The position numbers and the translations under genes were made by a program. A stretch of DNA of 64,000 nt from an uncultured archaeon (GTDB lineage: Archaea; Altiarchaeota; Altiarchaeia; JAFGQM01): the NCBI GenBank assembly GCA_964592405.1, contig CAZQBY010000005.1, positions 13,306 to 77,305 of the forward strand, given 5' to 3'. Below are positions 29,274 to 37,254 of this stretch, in pieces (position 1 is the stretch's first letter; each line of letters opens with the position of its first letter). The notes beneath the pieces are model-generated. The model did no database searches and was not told where the DNA came from. It worked only from the letters and a program-made list of their open reading frames with translations.

Positions 29274-31205
29274 ATGCTTGAATCCACTTGGACCAACCAC
29301 ACTGGGAAAAGCCGTATTGGAGTCCGACTACCCGGAAAGAGGGGGTTTTATGTCTCAGCCCCTCTCCTCGGAGCTACACTATTCCTTGTAGCAGCGGTCT
29401 TGGCCGCCACAGTTGCAATAGAGAACGAGGCCCGTATACAGGTGGCAAGGAGCGCAGATATTCTGGGCAAGCTGCAATTCATGTCGCAGGCCATACTGGC
29501 TGACAGTTATAATGTCCTGTTGCAGACCAAACTTGAGGTCATGACAAAAGATTTCCTAGAGAGGGGATATTTTGATATAGACACACAGGAGAATGACTGG
29601 AAGCAGTCAGTCAAGAGCAATCTGCAGAGCTATTACATAGACAACTTGGGCGAAACACTTGGACTGGATATAGCCGCCTATGCTAAGGCATATAGCAATG
29701 TCCCAGGAATAGACAAGTGCTGGGTAGGGCATGCAGGAGACTACCAGTCAACACCCACTACTTATGACTCCAGCACGAATGATGGCAGTATTATGGTTAT
29801 GGCAGCATCCTATGGTGAACGTATAGAGTGTGATGTCAGAGAACCCGAAGGACATCTTTCAGTGGACATACTGGGGAGGGCCTACAGAGTCAACATACGT
29901 GTTGCAAAGCTCTATGATACTGCCAGATGGGTGATACTCACAACAAAAGGAGCACTGAACAGTGGCATAACCGGCGTGCCGGAGCCAGTAGCCTCTTGGA
30001 GCAGTTCCAGATGGATCAGAATCAAAAAGACGGATAATATCCCCGTGAATCCACAGGACTCACAGAATCTTCAGGCCATAATAGAGGACTGGAGCAGGAT
30101 AATGAAATGGCTGGGCGATAGGATAATAAGCATATCCAACAACTATCTGAGTAGCAGCGGGCTGGTGGGTATCAGCCTTAGGGAGTTAGACATTGAAAAG
30201 GAAGAAAACGGGAAAGAACGGGGGCTGATGGACTTTGATATTTCATGCGCGGGGGAGAAGCAATACAGAAACTGTATGCCGTTTAGACTCAAGATAACAC
30301 TGGGAGATGCCGACTGCAGTAAGGGCGGGGAGCCCGTCATGTATGGATCAGAAAGTTTCTATCATCTGGCAGAGGAAAACCGATGGTGGATCAAATGCGG
30401 GGCGTCTGCCTGCCCACAGGAATTTAATGAGATCATGTACCAGATACTCAAGCCGATAGAAAGCGTCTGCGTGGACTACTTTGCCTATGTGGACTCAGTT
30501 TATCCGGTCTGCAGGAAGTGGATAGCAAAGGAAAAATCACTTACGATAAAAGGGGTTGTGGAGGACGACCACGAGGACTACTTGGCCACAGGATCCGAAC
30601 ATACACAGTTTAGGTTTAAGGACCAGCAGCCGAATGTTGATGTGACTACTACAAAGAAAAACCGCCTCAGATGTGATAAAGAGGGAATTGGTGAGCTGAA
30701 GGAGAATGACATCAATGTATACAAAAACAATGTGATCATCCTGCTGGAAAACATCATCATGAAATTTGGGGTGGCACGGGTTCCGGGCAGTTCTCTAAAA
30801 AGATGGGTAGACAAGGGAAGTGTTATAAGAGACCTAGATGATCCAACCCTGAAGCAGATATACAAGAACATCTATGGTCAGGGAGTCTTCCCCAAAATCT
30901 GTTTTATGGGAGGTATTGCATCCAGCGACGAGTGTAAGAAACCCGAAATGTCGGAAAAACCCCAGATTGAGATATGGGTGGATTGGGACGAGACCAGAGA
31001 AAACTGCATAAATATGGTGGATAAGCTCTGCCAGACCTTCTACAATGACCCATCCCTAACAGCAGTTCCTGAATATACTGAGACATTCTGCAGGAACCTC
31101 TTCCCAAGGAAGGAGGATGCAGTAGGAGGATATGGAAGATTGAGATGCGCCGGCAAGGGGGACGGGATATACATAGAGATAGGTCCTGGAGACACTACCC
31201 CCTAA
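29274..31205 (+). CDS. Large Cys-rich extracellular protein with a putative class III (type IV pilin-like) signal peptide
   Basis: N-terminus is ...LPGKRG-FYVSAPLLGATLFLVAAVLAATVAI. That is a basic stretch, then G followed by F and a hydrophobic helix, which is a PibD/FlaK-type cleavage context. The remaining about 600 aa show no recognisable catalytic motif. There are 20 or more Cys, mostly in the C-terminal half. Confidence 0.5.
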   Translation: MLESTWTNHTGKSRIGVRLPGKRGFYVSAPLLGATLFLVAAVLAATVAIENEARIQVARSADILGKLQFMSQAILADSYNVLLQTKLEVMTKDFLERGYFDIDTQENDWKQSVKSNLQSYYIDNLGETLGLDIAAYAKAYSNVPGIDKCWVGHAGDYQSTPTTYDSSTNDGSIMVMAASYGERIECDVREPEGHLSVDILGRAYRVNIRVAKLYDTARWVILTTKGALNSGITGVPEPVASWSSSRWIRIKKTDNIPVNPQDSQNLQAIIEDWSRIMKWLGDRIISISNNYLSSSGLVGISLRELDIEKEENGKERGLMDFDISCAGEKQYRNCMPFRLKITLGDADCSKGGEPVMYGSESFYHLAEENRWWIKCGASACPQEFNEIMYQILKPIESVCVDYFAYVDSVYPVCRKWIAKEKSLTIKGVVEDDHEDYLATGSEHTQFRFKDQQPNVDVTTTKKNRLRCDKEGIGELKENDINVYKNNVIILLENIIMKFGVARVPGSSLKRWVDKGSVIRDLDDPTLKQIYKNIYGQGVFPKICFMGGIASSDECKKPEMSEKPQIEIWVDWDETRENCINMVDKLCQTFYNDPSLTAVPEYTETFCRNLFPRKEDAVGGYGRLRCAGKGDGIYIEIGPGDTTP

Positions 31206-31271
31206 ATCCGCTGGATATATCCGCCACATATCCTAATTGTGACTTTTCTAACTTGATGTTCAAAACCTATT

Positions 31272-31922
31272 ATGCTTTTTGACCACCACATCCATTCCAA
31301 ATATTCTGCTCTCGACTCCGCTTCGGAGATAGGGGACATAATAACATCAGCCAGAGAGCGGGGACTTGGAGGGATAGCAGTGAGCGATCATGATGAGATA
31401 ACCGGGTCGCTTATTGCTGCAAAACGGTCTTCAGACGACCTGATTATAATTCCTTCGGTAGAAATAAGTTCAGCAGATGGGCATATTATCGGATTTGGCA
31501 TCAAAAAAAAGATTGAGGCTGCCCTTTCGGCAGAGGAAACCATAAGGAGGATACACCACCTCGGAGGCATAGCTATAGCGGCCCACCCCTACGATGTCTT
31601 CAGGCACGGTGTAAAGGATCTGTGCTGGAAGCTGGACTTTGATGCCATAGAGGTGAACGGCCACTGTCTTTATGGAAACAGGGAGGCTGAGAGGGCTGCA
31701 AGGGAGCATAAAAAACCACTGGTTGGAGGGAGCGATGCTCACGCATTGGGTGGCATAGGTGTAATAGCAACCGAAGTCAATGGCAACGGAGCAGATGAGA
31801 TTATGCAAAACATCATGGAAGGTAAGTGCAGACCAGTTTACTGCAGGAACAGAATTTCACTCAAAACCTCAATAATTACAGACAAAATCTTTAGAAAATA
31901 CCACCTAGCAAGGAGGCTATAG
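31272..31922 (+). CDS. PHP-domain metal-dependent phosphoesterase
   Basis: MLFDHHIHSKYS... HxH start and conserved His/Asp ladder (SDHD, AHP, GGSDAH). Confidence 0.75.
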   Translation: MLFDHHIHSKYSALDSASEIGDIITSARERGLGGIAVSDHDEITGSLIAAKRSSDDLIIIPSVEISSADGHIIGFGIKKKIEAALSAEETIRRIHHLGGIAIAAHPYDVFRHGVKDLCWKLDFDAIEVNGHCLYGNREAERAAREHKKPLVGGSDAHALGGIGVIATEVNGNGADEIMQNIMEGKCRPVYCRNRISLKTSIITDKIFRKYHLARRL

Positions 31923-32225
31923 CTTTGACATTATATTACGGAGAATGGTCTTTCCCCTCTCAAACTCCTCAATTCCTGCCTCTGTAATGTGATAATACTT
32001 GCGATTGCGGCCATCCACATGTTTGTCTATTTTCCGGACAAGACCCCTATGCCTCAGGGAATACAGAACACGATAAGCCGTCACGTTGCCTGGCTTGAAA
32101 CCAAAACGCTTGGCTATGGCCCCTCGCAGTTCATAACCATACATGTCCCCCTCTCTGAGCAGAGAGAGTATGTAAAGCCAGAGATTCTCCTTCGTAAGCT
32201 TATGCATAAGACGTTTGGAAGACAT
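31917..32225 (-). CDS. PadR-family transcriptional regulator
   Basis: 102 aa; LWLYILSLLREGDMYGYEL...AYRVLYSLRHRGLV winged-helix PadR signature. Confidence 0.8.
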   Translation of the reverse strand: MSSKRLMHKLTKENLWLYILSLLREGDMYGYELRGAIAKRFGFKPGNVTAYRVLYSLRHRGLVRKIDKHVDGRNRKYYHITEAGIEEFERGKTILRNIMSKL

Positions 32226-32267
32226 GGTTTATTATGATTTATAGACATAAAACTATGTGAAATCCTG

Positions 32268-32960
32268 ATGGCGAAACTAGGGCAGCATGTCATGGTTGAT
32301 AAGCGGGTTTTGGAGAGGATTGCGGACAGCGCACAAATCAGAAAGGGCGACAGGGTGCTGGAGATTGGAGCAGGAGATGGCATTTTGACAGAAGAACTTG
32401 TAAACAGGGGCGCCCATGTAATTGCAATAGAGATAGACGGGAGACTGTTTGAAAGTCTTAGGGCGAGGTTCCCCAGTCAGCAACTTATCAATGCTGATGC
32501 CCTGCGGGTCAGGTGGCCGCCATTTGACAAGTGTGTTTCCAACCCGCCTTATTCTATTTCCAAGAAGCTTATACTCAAGCTACTCCAACACAATTTTAAA
32601 CTTGGAGTTCTTACTCTCCAGAAAGAGTTTGCAGAGAAGCTGGCAGCAAAGCCGGGAGAGAAAAAATATGGAGTTGTATCTGTCTGCACACAGCTCTGCT
32701 GTGATATTGAATTACTTGGCAGGATTCCAAGAAATGCGTTCAGACCACAGCCGAAAGTGGATTCAAGACTCGTTCGCCTCACAACAAGGCTGAGGCTGGA
32801 TACCGGCTTCCTCTCATTTGTAAGAGAAATGTTTCAAAAGCGCAACAAAAAAGTTGGTGCTAGAAGGGTCAGAGAGCTCAGGCCAGAGGATTTTTTAACC
32901 CTTTACCAACATAATAAAACCCGGAGCAGACCGGCTCATTGCCAGTTCCCCAGCCTGTGA
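32268..32960 (+). CDS. ksgA: 16S rRNA (adenine1518/1519-N6)-dimethyltransferase KsgA/Dim1
   Basis: SAM motif VLEIGAGDGILTEEL and catalytic SNPPYSIS. Confidence 0.85.
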   Translation: MAKLGQHVMVDKRVLERIADSAQIRKGDRVLEIGAGDGILTEELVNRGAHVIAIEIDGRLFESLRARFPSQQLINADALRVRWPPFDKCVSNPPYSISKKLILKLLQHNFKLGVLTLQKEFAEKLAAKPGEKKYGVVSVCTQLCCDIELLGRIPRNAFRPQPKVDSRLVRLTTRLRLDTGFLSFVREMFQKRNKKVGARRVRELRPEDFLTLYQHNKTRSRPAHCQFPSL

Positions 32961-33209
32961 TTCAAAAGAAACAGTAAAAAATCCTCTAGATACCCCTCCA
33001 CTCCGTATGCTCATCAATATCCTTTGTGTATGTGGGTCCCCCATCTGTGATTGGAGGCAGTCTGACCAAAACAAATTTTTGAAAGTGATTAAAAATTACC
33101 AACAGCGAAGGGCAGAAGCTGAGCATTGGTTAAATATCTATAACATCAAGATATAGTTGGTATAGTTTGTGATGCCTATCAAATTTTTCATCTCTATAAT
33201 CTCTATATA

Positions 33210-33773
33210 ATGGTTGAGATAATCCAGATCGAAGAGACCCGCCCTTCTTCCATTGCGGAGCGCATAAGGGGGGGTGAGGTGTTCATATACCCGACGGATA
33301 CAGTCTATGGCATAGGCTGCGATGCATTCAACAAAGATTCAGTGAGACGCATATTCAGGATAAAGCAAAGACCCAGGAACAAACCGCTATCGGTGGCCTT
33401 TTGCGACATTGACCAGCTCCTCCGTTGCGTCTCCCTAAGTAGTGGGCAGGAAGCGCTTCTCAGGAAACGGTTGCCCGGACCATATACATTTATAGTCATG
33501 AACAGGACAATACCAAAGATTGTAACCGGTGGGCTGGATACAATCGGTGTCAGAATTCCTGACTACGGGCTGGTGAGAAGGATAATCCGGGAGGCAGACA
33601 CGCCAATAGTAACAACCTCGGCTAACATCTCTGGGGAGAGGGCACCCGACTCCCTCCATGAGATATCATGCGATCTTCTCAACAGAGTTGATTTTGTAAT
33701 TGACGCCGGGAAATGTGAACTTGGCAGACCCTCGGAAGTCATAGACCTGACAACCGGCAGGAGGCTGCGCTGA
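33210..33773 (+). CDS. tsaC: Threonylcarbamoyl-AMP synthase (YrdC/TsaC type)
   Basis: 187 aa, single YrdC domain, YPTDTVYGIGCDA...TTSANISGE. Confidence 0.85.
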   Translation: MVEIIQIEETRPSSIAERIRGGEVFIYPTDTVYGIGCDAFNKDSVRRIFRIKQRPRNKPLSVAFCDIDQLLRCVSLSSGQEALLRKRLPGPYTFIVMNRTIPKIVTGGLDTIGVRIPDYGLVRRIIREADTPIVTTSANISGERAPDSLHEISCDLLNRVDFVIDAGKCELGRPSEVIDLTTGRRLR

Positions 33774-33830
33774 AGATTCCTATAGTATCCGCGATCCGGA
33801 CTTTTTACTCCTGCCGGATAAACTAATGAA

Positions 33831-35246
33831 ATGGCTCTGAGCTCGGTATTGAGGAAGGTTGATGAAAAAAAGGGCAGTATAATAAAACTGAAGGAAAAGG
33901 CATCCATCTCACATTTCAGGAGAGAGAGATCCAAGACCGGATTTGAGGTCGAATTTTTGCTAGTCGACGGCAAAGGGCGCGTGTCCAACAGGGCAGACTC
34001 TGTCATCAGGCATATAAAAGACAACAGCATAGCCAATGAAGTCATAAGGGAATGTTGTCATTCCTATATTGAGATGGGGGTATATCCGAGGATATACGTG
34101 CGTAATGTGGCAACAAAGTTCCTTGGAGATATGCTTAGTGTCCTGGATGTTGTCGAGGGACTGGGCCTGCAGATATTCCCTTTGGCCATGTATCCTTACA
34201 ATTACAGGCCAAAGATGAGATGTGATGGGTGGTATGGGCTCAAGAAAAAAATCTTCGGCAAAAAGTGGGAATATGCCGGCAGATGTGCTGGCTTCCATCT
34301 TCATTATTCATTACCCAAGGGGATATTCAGTTATGAGGACCGCCATCTGGTCAAAGATGCACTGCAATCTGAGAAGGAGAAGACTCTGAATTCCTATAAT
34401 TTTGCAATTGCAATCGACCCGGCCCTGACAGCATTCACACAATCCTCACCACTTTTCAACGGAAGATTTCTGGGCAAGGATTCAAGATTGCTCCTATACA
34501 GAGGAGGTAAGACTCTGGGATACGATGGCCTCTATACTGACTATCCGCTGTTTGGTGCACTGTCGGGTTACATATACAGCTACGAGGATCTCATAGATCT
34601 GGTTTCAATGCGCCATCGGGAGTGGCTCAGGATTGTCAAAAGCGCTGGAGGGGATGTAACCATCCTGGAAAACAAAAACAAACTGGATTTTGCTTGGAAC
34701 CCTGTGAAGATAAACAAGGTTGGATCAATAGAATTGCGCAATATGGACATGAACATGCCCTCAATTTTGATGGCAGTGGCAGTCTTGGTGAAATACGCTT
34801 TGAGGGATATCCAGAGGGAGGGACTGAGGGTTGTGCCGGACATCCTAGCTATAGACGAACCATTCAGATTTGAGGATGATACCATATATATCCCCCCATT
34901 CAGACATGTGAGTGATAGGTTACAGAAGGGAGTAGCACTGGAGGGATTTGAGAACGATCTGGTTTATGCCTACTGTAAGAGGTTTTTTGCATTATGTCTG
35001 CATTTCGTTAACAGGAAGTATTATCCGGTCCTAAAACCTATTAAGGAGATGCTTAAGGGGAGAAAAACAGTCTCTGATGAGATTATAAACATGATAAAAA
35101 AGAGGGGCCATGATTGCAGAGGGGAGGTGCCTGAGCAAATCCTGAGGGAAATTGTTCTTTATTACTCAGGGAGACTTAGGCGCGATATAAACAAAACAAG
35201 AAGGCTTATGGAATCCCTGACTGAGGAGGAGCGCGTCTGGCTCTAG
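33831..35246 (+). CDS. Carboxylate-amine ligase of the glutamate-cysteine ligase family 2 (GCS2/YbdK-like)
   Basis: N-terminal GFEVEFLLVD, ECCHSYIE and GFHLHYS motifs resemble the YbdK G-x-E-x-E-LVD / E-x-x-x-x-x-x-E / G-x-H-x-H pattern; 471 aa. Confidence 0.5.
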   Translation: MALSSVLRKVDEKKGSIIKLKEKASISHFRRERSKTGFEVEFLLVDGKGRVSNRADSVIRHIKDNSIANEVIRECCHSYIEMGVYPRIYVRNVATKFLGDMLSVLDVVEGLGLQIFPLAMYPYNYRPKMRCDGWYGLKKKIFGKKWEYAGRCAGFHLHYSLPKGIFSYEDRHLVKDALQSEKEKTLNSYNFAIAIDPALTAFTQSSPLFNGRFLGKDSRLLLYRGGKTLGYDGLYTDYPLFGALSGYIYSYEDLIDLVSMRHREWLRIVKSAGGDVTILENKNKLDFAWNPVKINKVGSIELRNMDMNMPSILMAVAVLVKYALRDIQREGLRVVPDILAIDEPFRFEDDTIYIPPFRHVSDRLQKGVALEGFENDLVYAYCKRFFALCLHFVNRKYYPVLKPIKEMLKGRKTVSDEIINMIKKRGHDCRGEVPEQILREIVLYYSGRLRRDINKTRRLMESLTEEERVWL

Positions 35247-36355
35247 GATAGAAAGCTGCGAGTGAAACCAATTATTGCTTCTGTCGCCTTTACCATCCCG
35301 GGTATTAATGCATATTCTCCTGGTTTGTGAGCCTGATTATTCTCACCGGGGCCAAATATTATAGCGGGGGTACCTCGTCTGTAGAAATACTCTGAGTCTG
35401 CCCTTCCCAGTGCTATCATCACCTCAACATTCTCTCCAAAACTTTTTTGGATGCTCTCCTGAAAGGCTTTGACAAATCTTGAGTCCTCATCAAGGAAATA
35501 GCCAGGAGAGAAATAGGGTATCTCCACATCTGCCCTCACACCAGACTGTTTAATGGCCCTCGTAATCTTGCTTTTGACATCCTCCCTCCCGGGAAGTGTC
35601 CTGTAGTCCACAGTGACCTTGCAGAGCGAGGGTATGATGTTGGTGGCGGGTGAGTTACTATTTATCCCGACTATGGAAAGCGTTTCTGGCAGTTCCCTGC
35701 CAAAGTAGTGGCCCCTGAGCAGGTCGTGCTCTTTCAGATGCTGCACAAGCTTCACTGCCTCTTCTATTGCATTCTTTCCAGTATGGGGCCTAGATGAGTG
35801 TGTGCTCTTGCCTCTGACATCTATCTGCAGTATCATCCTCCCCCTGCATCCAGCTGATATCTTGGGAACCCCTTTATACATGGTTGGTTCGAGCACTATA
35901 CAACCATCTGCCGTATAACGCTCTGCCGCGTACATACTTCCCTTCGGCAGGCGCCTGTTCTTCAGGACCGATTCCTCAGCTACAGTAAAGGCTAGAATGA
36001 GCTTACCTTTCAGTTCTCTCTCGTCAATGCTCTTTGCAATCTCCATCATAGAGGCCACTCCGGCTTTGCAATCGGAGGCTCCCAGACCGATTATCCTGTT
36101 CCCTCTTATCTCACCAGAATATGGATCACTGTTATATCCCTGTGGTGGGACCGTGTCCAGATGCGCATTGAGCATAAGCGACTTTCTACCAGAGCCCAGC
36201 TCGGTGTAAACACTGCCAACTTCGTCAGTTATAGTCCGGATACCGAAACCCTCCAGGTCGTTCTGCACGAACCTTGCTATAGTCCCTTCACTGCCTGTGA
36301 TGCTGGGAATGCGGATAAGCTCCTGCAGGGTCTTCACTAACCGCTTTCTGTCCAT
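35243..36355 (-). CDS. M20-family metallopeptidase (ArgE/DapE/LysK-like deacylase)
   Basis: MLNAHLDTVPP...GLGASDCKAG metal-binding signature, 370 aa. Confidence 0.75.
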   Translation of the reverse strand: MDRKRLVKTLQELIRIPSITGSEGTIARFVQNDLEGFGIRTITDEVGSVYTELGSGRKSLMLNAHLDTVPPQGYNSDPYSGEIRGNRIIGLGASDCKAGVASMMEIAKSIDERELKGKLILAFTVAEESVLKNRRLPKGSMYAAERYTADGCIVLEPTMYKGVPKISAGCRGRMILQIDVRGKSTHSSRPHTGKNAIEEAVKLVQHLKEHDLLRGHYFGRELPETLSIVGINSNSPATNIIPSLCKVTVDYRTLPGREDVKSKITRAIKQSGVRADVEIPYFSPGYFLDEDSRFVKAFQESIQKSFGENVEVMIALGRADSEYFYRRGTPAIIFGPGENNQAHKPGEYALIPGMVKATEAIIGFTRSFLS

Positions 36356-36392
36356 CGGACTGGTATTTTATGCTTAGTGGATGAAAAATAAG

Positions 36393-36462
36393 CGGTGATG
36401 AAGCGAACAACCACTGAGGCTTTCGCAAGAAAGCCGGTGATGAGCCTTATGAGCACTGAAAG
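36393..36462 (+). ncRNA. C/D box sRNA (2'-O-methylation guide)
   Basis: C box GUGAUGA 36396-36402; 12-nt guide; D' CUGA 36415-36418; C' GUGAUGA 36438-36444; 12-nt guide; D box CUGA 36457-36460. Both guides are exactly 12 nt. A hairpin (GGCTTTCGCAAGAAAGCC) lies between D' and C'. Confidence 0.75.
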
Positions 36463-36486
36463 TCATGCCTGTCGCAAGGTCCGCTT

Positions 36487-37239
36487 TCACATACCCTCTT
36501 CATAAAACCTTCTAAATGTAATTCCAAGCTCCCTGGAATCCTTTCCTTCTTTCCACTGCTTTTTGCGCTTCAGTTCTTCTATCCTCTCTCTTAGGGTCTG
36601 TCCAACCTGTATTAGGAATTTTTGTCTTACCCTGTATGGATAGTGCGGTTCCCTCTCCATCATCAATTCCATGAGGGCTGCTGGATAGGGATCTGCGAGA
36701 TATTTTCGGCCACCCCATTCGAACATAACCAGAGAGTGCGGGGTATTGACATCCGATATGGTGCGCACATGCCTGACTCCTTTGGCTCCCTTGGCCTTTA
36801 GGGCGGCTATCAGGGCATCACACCCACTCTTACATCCCCATGCCGGATAAGGTTCTGTTCCCCTAGACCTTATGAATGGTGCAGGTATCCTCCCTGTTGT
36901 AAAGATATCATGTGCAGTTTGGTTATCATATACATGTTTTAGGACAGCCCTGTTTTTCTCCGGCGTGTAAAACCCACGAATCGATTCGATCATACGATGG
37001 ATTCCATCAATACTGTCTGGGAAGCTTCTTGCAAATTCCCTAACAGCACCGGTTACTCTTGTGGGATTCGTCATGCTCCTCAATAAACGTCTCCGCCCCT
37101 TTCCAGTTTTCTTAATAGCCCTCTCAGCTATATATTTTCGGCGGTATTGTGAGAAATAAGTGGAATACATCCTCTGGCGCTCATCTTTGCTCAGCGACAG
37201 TCTTCTCCTCCGCTTCTCCGGTTTCTTCTGAGGTGTCAT
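36487..37239 (-). CDS. Transglutaminase-like superfamily protein (putative Cys-His-Asp protease fold) with a highly basic N-terminal region
   Basis: GCKSGCDALIAALKAKGAKGVRHV resembles the TGase core G-x-C-x-x-[FG]-A...A-R-x-V. A downstream H (HSLVMFEW) and D (YLADP) complete the triad pattern. Confidence 0.45.
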   Translation of the reverse strand: MTPQKKPEKRRRRLSLSKDERQRMYSTYFSQYRRKYIAERAIKKTGKGRRRLLRSMTNPTRVTGAVREFARSFPDSIDGIHRMIESIRGFYTPEKNRAVLKHVYDNQTAHDIFTTGRIPAPFIRSRGTEPYPAWGCKSGCDALIAALKAKGAKGVRHVRTISDVNTPHSLVMFEWGGRKYLADPYPAALMELMMEREPHYPYRVRQKFLIQVGQTLRERIEELKRKKQWKEGKDSRELGITFRRFYEEGM

Positions 37240-37254
37240 TTCCTCTCACTATTT

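Noticed and set aside
32961-33209. 249-bp non-coding gap after ksgA checked for C/D or H/ACA sRNA and tRNA
   Set aside because: No box C/D pairs and no T-loop or acceptor structure. It is probably the tsaC promoter region.
36445-36456. Possible complementarity of the C/D sRNA D-guide to the CTCATAAGCAG segment of the 51-nt repeat near tRNA-Ser
   Set aside because: Only 8-9 contiguous matches. This is below a convincing guide-target duplex and is likely coincidence.
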